NCBI GenBank assembly: GCA_001661245.1 | Contig: KV454013.1 | Span: 393,005-438,305, forward strand | From: Pachysolen tannophilus NRRL Y-2460 | Lineage: Eukaryota | Length of the DNA stretch: 45,301 nucleotides | Reading direction: 5' to 3' | Part shown: positions 32,544 through 41,744 of the stretch, in pieces | Layout: every line of letters begins with the position of its first letter | Numbering within the stretch: the stretch's first letter is position 1 | Made by a program: the position numbers and the translations under genes | The notes under the pieces: generated by a model | What the model was told of the DNA's origin: nothing | Databases searched by the model: none | What the model saw: only the letters and a program-made list of their open reading frames with translations

Positions 32544-33956
32544 ATGGGTAAAAATAAGAAGAAAGGTTCCAATGGGAATACAAAGAATAGTAATCAGGAG
32601 TCTAAAGAAGAAAAAGGAGTGGTAGAGCAAGAATCTATAGATCAGAAAAGCAATAATAATAATGAGAGTAAGCAAGATGAGTCTAGGATAACAGAATTGG
32701 AAGAGAAAATAGCTGATGTTAGTCTTCAGATAGAAGAGAAAGATACAAAGAATGAGGATGATGAAAGAGTACCTGATGGTGAGGTAGCGAAATGTGTGGA
32801 AGCTGAATCTGGATCTGGAGAAAGCGATGCTAAATTAATACAAGAATTGAAATTGCAATTGGAAGCTAAGACCAAAGAAAGTGAAGAAATTTCTTCTAAT
32901 TATCAATCATTGTTGAGTAAATTGTCGGGAATGAAGTCTATTTTCAGTAAGATGAAGGATGCTCAGAATGAATTGGTTCAAAGTGAAGCAAAGATACATG
33001 AGTTAGAAGCCGCTGTTGTCGAATTGAATTCCAAGATAAAAGCCACTGAATCTGAAAAGACAGTTTTAATCAATACTATAGATGAATTACAAAATGAATC
33101 CAAGAATCTTAATAGTGAATGTGACAGATTAAGCCATGAATTATCGTCTTTGAGGAAAGAATATGATGCTTCGTGTGATAAATTTGAAGAAGATACTTTG
33201 AGATTACAAAACTTGAATAAATCATTAACCAAAGAGGTTAAAGAATTGAAACTGAATCAAGAAGAATATCTAATCTTAATGAATGAAGAGAAATTAGTAA
33301 AACAAAATTATAATAATGAAATAAGCGATTTAAAGCAAGCTCTTGAATCAAAAGATTCAAAATATAGTACTCTTTTAAGTGAAAATCGTAAATTACAACA
33401 AAAATTGATTGAAAAAGAACAATTGATACAAGAAAATTATAATACTAATTTACAAGAAAAAGGTAAATTAGAAAATGAAATTATCAATTTAAAAGAAGAA
33501 TTAGATTTAAAAGATAAAAAAATATCAGAAAATTTGTCTAAAGTAGAAGAATTGAATCAAGCATTGTTAACAATAACAAAATTAGAAAAAGAAAATAAAG
33601 ATAAGCAATTACAAATTGGAAAACTACGACATGAAGCAATAATCTTAAATGATCATTTAACAAAACTGTTGCGATTGATTAAAAAGGATTCACAAAAGGA
33701 AACAATAGATAAACAGTTGGTTTCGAATTTATTTGTAAATTTCTTAAACCTTCCGAGAGGTGATCCAAGAAAATTTGAAGTCTTGGAATTGATCTCAAGT
33801 ATGTTGGGATGGTCTTTAGATCAGCGGAAAAACGCAGGTTTGGAGAACACAAAGCATATGTTAAATGGAGAATCTGGAAGTAGTGGGGCAGAGAAGCAGA
33901 GTTTTGTTAATCTATGGACAGATTTCTTGGAAAAGGAATCGTCAACCAAAAATTGA
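32544..33956 (+). CDS. RUD3: Golgin Rud3 (coiled coil plus GRAB domain)
   Basis: MGKNKKK start, long coiled coil, IGKLRHEAIILNDHLTK, PRGDPRKFEVLELIS and SFVNLWTDFLEKES. Divergent from RFC1. Confidence 0.92.
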   Translation: MGKNKKKGSNGNTKNSNQESKEEKGVVEQESIDQKSNNNNESKQDESRITELEEKIADVSLQIEEKDTKNEDDERVPDGEVAKCVEAESGSGESDAKLIQELKLQLEAKTKESEEISSNYQSLLSKLSGMKSIFSKMKDAQNELVQSEAKIHELEAAVVELNSKIKATESEKTVLINTIDELQNESKNLNSECDRLSHELSSLRKEYDASCDKFEEDTLRLQNLNKSLTKEVKELKLNQEEYLILMNEEKLVKQNYNNEISDLKQALESKDSKYSTLLSENRKLQQKLIEKEQLIQENYNTNLQEKGKLENEIINLKEELDLKDKKISENLSKVEELNQALLTITKLEKENKDKQLQIGKLRHEAIILNDHLTKLLRLIKKDSQKETIDKQLVSNLFVNFLNLPRGDPRKFEVLELISSMLGWSLDQRKNAGLENTKHMLNGESGSSGAEKQSFVNLWTDFLEKESSTKN

Positions 33957-34237
33957 TAATAAAAGTAGCCATAAAATAAATATGAATATATATATATATA
34001 TATATTTCCTATAGTTGTTTTTCATTTGCTTTACTGTTTTGATTTCATTATATATTATTAAATTGTAAATTATAATCGTTTCTTCTATAACGTAAAAGAG
34101 AATTTGAATTTTTTTTTTTTGTATTTTTCTGCTTTTTTTTTTTTTGGTTTTTTTCTTCGTATTTTAAGTCTTTTCTCTCTATAATTGATTAACTTTAATT
34201 TAACAAAAAGTATTTACAATTTCAAGGAATAATAGTC

Positions 34238-34908
34238 ATGTTTCGTTTAATCACTTCTTCAAGGGTTTCTGCGGTATCAGCAGTTATTCGTCAAGTTAGA
34301 TTTAATAGTACTGCTGGTTATACTGAGGCCATTGCTAAGATTAGAGATGATTTAAAATTAAACTTTAGATTAAAGGCAGATGTCATTGAGTAAGTTGATA
34401 TTATTTTCATTAAGAAGTTGGTTGAGAAAATAGACTAACATTATTATTATTATTTTTTTTTTTTTTGAATTATGTAGAAAAAATGTTATTAGAAGTATCT
34501 TGACAGAGGTTAAAAATTTAGAGATTAATAACCACAATAAAGGTACTAATACTGAGTATCAATTATATGATTTATTTGCCAAAATGATCAAAGAGAGAAA
34601 AGATTCTGCTCTGGAATATATGAAAAAGGGAAATCCTGATAGATTTCATCAATTAGGTTTAAATGAATTAAGGGAATGTGATTATATTGAAAAATATTTA
34701 AATATTTTAAATTTAGCTTCAGATGAAGAAGTTGATGCAAATGTGAAAAAAAATTGTACAAGATTTAAAACTGCAATCAAAAGATGAAAAAATCAAAGTA
34801 CAAGATATCTATAAAAACATTCCAATGAAATCCATAGAAAAAGATTGGAATTGTTCAAAATCACAAGTTAAAGAATCTGTTAACAGGGTATTAAATGAAC
34901 TTTCTTAA
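34238..34908 (+). CDS. AIM41: Mitochondrial YqeY/GatB-domain protein Aim41; exon1 34238-34389, intron 34390-34477, exon2 from 34478; apparent frameshift at A8 34746-34753
   Basis: Presequence (...RQVRFNS), KNVIRSILTEVKNLEI and MIKERKDS. Intron GTAAGT / GACTAAC (34433) / TAG. An Aim41-like C-terminus continues in the +1 frame to TAA at 34908. Confidence 0.85.
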
Positions 34909-34914
34909 GAAACC

Positions 34915-35521
34915 NNNNNNNNNNNNNNNNNNNNNNNNNNNNNNNNNNNNNNNNNNNNNNNNNNNNNNNNNNNNNNNNNNNNNNNNNNNNNNNNNNNNNN
35001 NNNNNNNNNNNNNNNNNNNNNNNNNNNNNNNNNNNNNNNNNNNNNNNNNNNNNNNNNNNNNNNNNNNNNNNNNNNNNNNNNNNNNNNNNNNNNNNNNNNN
35101 NNNNNNNNNNNNNNNNNNNNNNNNNNNNNNNNNNNNNNNNNNNNNNNNNNNNNNNNNNNNNNNNNNNNNNNNNNNNNNNNNNNNNNNNNNNNNNNNNNNN
35201 NNNNNNNNNNNNNNNNNNNNNNNNNNNNNNNNNNNNNNNNNNNNNNNNNNNNNNNNNNNNNNNNNNNNNNNNNNNNNNNNNNNNNNNNNNNNNNNNNNNN
35301 NNNNNNNNNNNNNNNNNNNNNNNNNNNNNNNNNNNNNNNNNNNNNNNNNNNNNNNNNNNNNNNNNNNNNNNNNNNNNNNNNNNNNNNNNNNNNNNNNNNN
35401 NNNNNNNNNNNNNNNNNNNNNNNNNNNNNNNNNNNNNNNNNNNNNNNNNNNNNNNNNNNNNNNNNNNNNNNNNNNNNNNNNNNNNNNNNNNNNNNNNNNN
35501 NNNNNNNNNNNNNNNNNNNNN
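34915..35521. other. Assembly gap (N run)
   Basis: Run of N. Confidence 0.99.
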
Positions 35522-35554
<33 letters not shown>

Positions 35555-35690
35555 GTAAGATCTTATTAGTTGATTATGTAGTTATGACTTATTGAAACCT
35601 ACTTTGGCTAGTGTAAGAAATTGCTGTATTGGAAAAGTTCTTTTAAATTTTTTTTTTTCAAAGAAAAAAAAAAAAAAAAAAGAATAAAAA

Positions 35691-36856
35691 ATGTTTGCAA
35701 AGAATCCTTTCTTGTTTTTATCATTGATATTACTATTAGCCATCATTGGCCCTCAAGCTGGAAGTCCTTTGTTTGTTTCGGCTTTAGAAGAAAATGGTAT
35801 TTTTTTATCTGGTAACGACCCATTGGTTCCTGTTCAAAATGAAAGAGGCGCTAATTTCTTGGATACAAATTTTCAATATGAAAATCCATACTTAGATTTT
35901 GCTTCTAACCAAAGAGAACCTGCTAATATACCAGCTTCAGCACCAGCATCGGCACCAGCACCAGAGCCAGCACAAGAGCCAGCACTGGCACCAGTTCTGG
36001 CACCAGCGCCTTCAGAGTTACAAAACCTTGACCCTTTGTCTGGTATAGGTAATGACAACTCTATGGTCCCTGTTGCAGATAATCAACAGCAGCAAGTTGC
36101 AATTCCTGGTAATGATAACGCAGCAGCTGCTGCACCTTCGCCTAGTGTTATTTATGTCACTGTCACTCAAACAGTTACTACTACTCACTATGCTATGCCA
36201 TCAAATGGCAGTTACCACTATGATCATGGTAAATTGCAAGAGGATAAAGGAAACTCTCAACTATGTAAGAAATACCAATTTGTTTTTAAATTTGAAAATT
36301 TCTCAACTTTTGAAACTCACCAAGAAAAAGATATACTGACCATTGTGTGGATATAGATTTTAATACCACGCTGACTCATTCTTCATTCCCAACTACAACT
36401 ACTGCTAGTACTACTACTTATTCTCCAGATTCGGTTTTAAGAATAGGTAAACAACCAACTTCAGTTAGTAGTAATAGCGGTACCATTATTAACAGTAGCA
36501 GCAGTAGTAGTAATAGTAATAGTTCATGGTCTAAAACTAAAACCAGTTCTACATCAAGCGTCTCCAGTACTCCACCTGCTACTTTTGACTGGAAAAACAA
36601 CAGGAAAGATGAACCAATTGATGTTTCTAAAGAACCTAATTTATCAGAAGATAATTACTATCAGGAAGTTACAAAACAACGTGAAGTCATGACAAATCCT
36701 GCTACTGGTTATAACTATACTGTTAACAAAAATCAAACCGATGATTCTTTTATCAATAAATTCATCGTCTACCCTAACGGTGCCACTAGCATTTCCAGCG
36801 GTTCAATGAATTTCTTTTGTATTTGTTTTAGTATTATGGCTTTGGTAATTTGTTGA
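35691..36856 (+). CDS. Secreted, probably GPI-anchored Ser/Thr/Pro/Ala-rich protein at the SPO19/SPR2 syntenic position; exon1 35691-36264, intron 36265-36356, exon2 36357-36856; about 357 aa
   Basis: N-terminal signal peptide. A GTAAGA...TACTGAC (36334-36340)...TAG intron fuses two track ORFs in frame. C-terminus has an omega-like NG followed by hydrophobic FFCICFSIMALVIC. Confidence 0.75.
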
Positions 36857-37037
36857 TGAAACAGACCTTAAAAAAAAAAAAAAAAAAAAAATTTTTTGAA
36901 AAATGGCCATTTTCATAGATTACAAGAAGGAGTTGAAGATTTACTACATATATATATATATATATATTATTTAGAATTGCAATACAATTAAACATTAGCT
37001 ATAGTCGTAACTATATTGACTTGTATCTATTTGTAAC

Positions 37038-37856
37038 ATGGCAGAAGTAAGTATATAATTGAATGTATAATTTGATATAGATGAATATTCTTGTGGAACT
37101 AACCATTAACAAAAAAAAAAATTTAAAATTGATGAACTTGTTAAATAGGTTAAGCGTACGATTAGAATCACAACGGAACAATACATCCTAAAGGATATTC
37201 CACCTATAGAAGAAGGATTTCCAATGAGAACATGGTCAATTCAGATTTCGATGTTGGATCAACAGGGAAAAGAGATTCCGGCAAATATTTTGGATAAGGT
37301 AACTTATCATTTACATCCAACTTTTACAAATCCTGTTAGGCATTTTAAGAAACCACCTTTTAAAATTGAGGAACAAGGTTGGGGTGAATTTGATATGCAA
37401 ATTTCGTTGCATTTATTGGATAAGCTGGGAGAAAGAAAAATACACCATGATTTGAATTTTTTAAAAGAAAAATATGAAGTTGATCATGTTATTTCGATAC
37501 CAACTAATAAGCCTAATTTGAATAAAGCATTATTAGAAAGTGGACCTGTTGATTCACTGGATTTTTCATCTGCTTCAAAGAGGAAAAATGTTGATGCAGT
37601 TTCAACTTCAAAAAATAAAAAATCAAAGACAAGTGCTATCAAGGGTAATGTTGATTTAGAGAAATTAGCTGATGGTTTAACTAAATTGGGTGAAGATAGT
37701 TTATTAGGTGTTGTACAAATGGTTGTTGATAATAGAACACCGGAAATGAATATTAAGAATGATGTCGAGGAAGGTGAATTTACTATGGACTTATACTCAT
37801 TACCTGATAGTTTGTTGAAAAGTTTATGGGATTATGTTAAGAAAGCTACAGATTGA
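37038..37856 (+). CDS. TAF14: YEATS-domain protein Taf14; exon1 37038-37046, intron 37047-37148, exon2 37149-37856
   Basis: Spliced MAEVKRTIRI..., YEATS YHLHPTF..P..EEQGWGEF, ET domain DLEKLADGLTKL. Intron GTAAGT / AACTAAC (37097) / TAG after codon 3, as recalled for S. cerevisiae TAF14. Confidence 0.93.
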
Positions 37857-38472
37857 GATTAATTAACAAAATGAATAGTAATAATTTTTATACTAGAGTT
37901 TGAGTTTGTGTTTGAGTTTCCGTTTTTCTTTTTTTTTTTTTTTTTTTTATTTTTTATTCTTTATTCTTCTTCTTTTGAAAATGATGGTTAATATAATCGA
38001 TATCGTGTGCTTTTAGTGTTTTCTCCTTTAACTTTTGACTTTTCCTTTTCTCTTCTTTTTTTTTTTTTCTTATTTTTATTATCTAGTTTTTTTTTTTACT
38101 CTATACCAAATGGCATTTATTCATAGATTTGGTTGCCCTCGTTTACTTTTTTGCGTATTTGTTTCTTCAAAGATTACTGAGTATTTATATCAACAAATAT
38201 GTAGCTTAAAAAGGTTCGTACGACTCAAGCTATTTGTTCAAAGAATTACATGTTGAAAGCTGATACGATAGACTCAAGAAGAGATAACAAAAGAGCATAA
38301 AAAAATTAAGGAACAACACCATAAAGTTAATGATGAATCAAAATAGAAATAAAAAAATTGTAATGATGTTTATTAAGATAGTAATAATAATAATAATAAA
38401 AATAAAAAAAAAAAATTTAAAAAAAGTATGCTAACAATCTTTTAATGAGTGTGCTTTGTGTTGTTTTAAAAA

Positions 38473-39849
38473 TTAAGGTATCCAGATTTTAATTGTATCA
38501 TCCCAAGATGCAGTGCAAACGCTCTTACCATCAGGACTGACGCTGACTTGGTTGATTCTTCCTGAATGACCTTCAATTTGTCCTAAGACCTCTGCTTTTA
38601 AAGTATCCCATACAACACATGAAAGGTCTGCGTAGCATGCATACATTAACCTACCTGAACTTGAAAAATCTATTGATATCACTCCAAGACTATCAATTGA
38701 AGAGTAAATTGAACTATTTGTAGAGGAAGAACTATCAGTACCGAAATGACCAGTGTTACCGGGTGCTCTTAAACTAGATGCACCGTCACCACCAGCACCA
38801 GAAGTCCGATTTATATTTGGGTAATGGCTTTGCCTCTTGCTTCTATGTAACTGTTGTAATGTCCTTGGTAAGGTATATTCCGATAACTCTCTATCTGCTT
38901 TCAAATCATAGAATCTAATCATATCATCATCAGATCCAGTTGCAAAAGAATATGATTCGGGGAAAAATTTCATTGTAGTAATATCACTTTTAGAAACGTG
39001 GTACCATTGAACTGGTGTTGGTTTTCTCAAATCCCATACACGAGCAATTCCATCAGCTGAACCACTTACAAACAAAGGATTTGAAGTTGCGGGCTGAACA
39101 GCAAGAGAAAGAACGTCTCCAAGATGTTGTGTAAATTCTCTAACTCTTGAACCTCTAGCAATATCCCAAAGTGCACAAGTTAAATCACCCGATGCAGTCA
39201 ATATCTGGTTATTATTTATAAATTCACAATCAGATATATAACATTTATGTCCTTTAAAAACTGCAGCATATTGGCTTCTGTTGACATTTATCTTTGACAT
39301 TGGATAACTCTCAACACCATTGACACCACTACCACTACTACTAATATAGTTATTTGCCCTCTGTGGATGGAAAAGTAACTTATTAACAACAACATTATAA
39401 ACTGTGCAATTATTTTTCAAACCACCAGAAGCAACCAATTGACCATTAGGTGAATAAGCACAGGTTAAAACCCATTCAGAATCTAATTCTATTGCGTTTG
39501 TCTTTAACCCACTTAAAGTGTCCCAAATTATCATATACCCATCTTGTGATGCAGAAAGTAAATGTCTAGAATCTTTATTCCATCTAATATTGGCAATTTT
39601 CTCACTGTGTCCAGTTAAAGTTTTGTATAATTTTAAAGTGCTATTCTTACTATTCAGATTATAATCTGGTGGTAATGACATTATATTACTTGCCGTTTCA
39701 ATCAAGTTTCGATCATTTAATCTAGTATTCACCTTGATTATTTGTTGATTCAAGATCTCTGTTTCCTGTTTTGCCAATCTTATCCTTTCATTTATCTGTT
39801 CCATCTTGGAAGAAACATCAATATATTTTGCAGTCATAAATTCGGTCAT
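38473..39849 (-). CDS. STE4: Heterotrimeric G-protein beta subunit
   Basis: N-terminal coiled coil plus LLSASQDGYMIIWD, WVLTCAYSPNG, ILTASGDLTCALWDI, DFSSSGRLMYA and CTASWD. Confidence 0.94.
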   Translation of the reverse strand: MTEFMTAKYIDVSSKMEQINERIRLAKQETEILNQQIIKVNTRLNDRNLIETASNIMSLPPDYNLNSKNSTLKLYKTLTGHSEKIANIRWNKDSRHLLSASQDGYMIIWDTLSGLKTNAIELDSEWVLTCAYSPNGQLVASGGLKNNCTVYNVVVNKLLFHPQRANNYISSSGSGVNGVESYPMSKINVNRSQYAAVFKGHKCYISDCEFINNNQILTASGDLTCALWDIARGSRVREFTQHLGDVLSLAVQPATSNPLFVSGSADGIARVWDLRKPTPVQWYHVSKSDITTMKFFPESYSFATGSDDDMIRFYDLKADRELSEYTLPRTLQQLHRSKRQSHYPNINRTSGAGGDGASSLRAPGNTGHFGTDSSSSTNSSIYSSIDSLGVISIDFSSSGRLMYACYADLSCVVWDTLKAEVLGQIEGHSGRINQVSVSPDGKSVCTASWDDTIKIWIP

Positions 39850-41744
39850 AATTATGTCTCGTCTTTGTTTAATAATGTTTAATAATGTCCAAAAACTTAT
39901 TATCTGTACTATATATGTCCTGCAGAGAGATACACTATCAAACTATAACAGAAAACAGAGATAAATCAAATTCAATACCTCTTACAATAGATGAAAACTT
40001 TACTCTTTTTTTATTTTATTTTATTTTTTATTTTTGGGTCTTTTTGTTTTTTGGCCTCTTTCTTTACCTGACTCTTTTTTTTTTTTATTATATAAAATAT
40101 AAAAAGAAGTTGAAGAACATTTGAAAGTATCGTTCGGAGAAATGTATGGTACAGCATTATCCTACATGTTCCAAAATGATAAAATGCATACCATTTATGT
40201 CCGCATAAGATAGGTACAGTAAGACGAGGGTGCATTTTTCGGTCGAAAACAAAACCATGAAATGAGGAGAAAAAAGAGGTAAGTTCAAAGTAAGAGAAAA
40301 ATTAGAAAATAGGGTAGTTAGAACTGTTACTTTTCGCAAAAAAAAAGAAAACTTTTAGATGAGTTGTATTTAAGTCTTGATTTCAACAGTTTTTGTAGAT
40401 CGTAAGATGGATTTAGTTGCATTGGTTTTTGGTTTTTATATATATATATATATATATTATTTTTGATCATTTTGTCCTTTTCAACACAAAACGTCAAATC
40501 TATATATATATAACATAACATCAAACATTCACACTGTTGCATCTTTAACTACCTATCGATTCAACCGACCGATTTATGATATCTACCGAAAATCCTATCA
40601 TTATGCATATAATAATAATTTTTTAAACTTTATCGATTTTTTAAAACTCGTTTTACAAAAATGGGGTTTCCTTCTTAAAAGAAAAGCTCTTTAGTTGAGT
40701 TTGCAAGATTTGAATTCCCACAAAATGATCATGAAAAAAATATATAATAAAATAGCATCTAAGATTGAGTCTTGAATTATTATTTTTGTAGGTATCTTTG
40801 ATCACACTATTATAACTTAAAAAATATGTACTACAAGCGATCTATTTTTTTTTCATTTATTAATGCAGCTAAAATTTCTTTAAACATTCAACTACATTTG
40901 CCTCATTTTAAAATAATAAAACGTATCTTCGGACACCGCCACGAGAAATGAATGATACTCTCATTCTTGGTGAGAAAGAGGTAGAAGGTTATTTAAAACA
41001 TTACATTATCCTTTTTATAAACGGTATAATCTATGTTTTTTCTGTTTTTGATGAGATTAGCCACACTAGATTTGCGGTTTAAAAATACCCAAAATTCAAT
41101 TGATCTAATTATGTTGAGCTTGGAATTGATCTCGATTTTGTAGCACATACAAATTTTATCTAAAACTAGATTTTGCAGTCATTCCCCATTTACCTTGGAA
41201 TATCAAAATTTCGTTCTCGGCTACGAATGAATCAAGTTTTCAAAATACTTACTTTATATAATTACTTCCCTTCCCTGCCATTTAAGTCTGTCTATATGAA
41301 TTCAAAGGTTAAATAATTACAGGAACCTTATTACCAAGGATTAATTTATTAGCTCAATGTAGAGAATGAAAAAAGCTGAAACATGTATATCTGATGTAAT
41401 TTTTCTTCGTCTATGAATTAACTTCAACAATAAGAAGAGTAATATCTTAATCACTTACTTCTCAGGTGTAAGCAGATAACGCTATCAATGAGAAACTTTA
41501 AGTTTTCCTTGTTTGTTTTAAGGTAAAAGAAAAAAAATAGTGATATGCTCTTACTAAAAAACTAATTTAACAGATAGAATCTGCAAAGGATGCCAAAGGA
41601 GTATCTACCTCCGATTCTACAAAAATGGCCATGAAGAAACAAAAACCAAAAACCAAAAACCAAAAAACCAAAAAAAAAAAAAAATTTATATAATACAAAT
41701 GTACAAGTAAAATAAAATCCAAAAATACTCCAAAGTATATAAAC

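Noticed and set aside
33666..33668. CUG=Ser (Candida-type code) as an alternative reading
   Set aside because: The diagnostic sites in RUD3, TAF14, RFC1 and the YOR238W-like gene correspond to Ala, and CTG runs lie in Ala/Pro tracts rather than Ser tracts.
34895..35569. 224-aa ORF across the second gap
   Set aside because: Almost entirely N.
41377..41412. a1-alpha2 or Ste12 site for STE4
   Set aside because: Only a half-site match, about 1.5 kb from the ATG; insufficient support.
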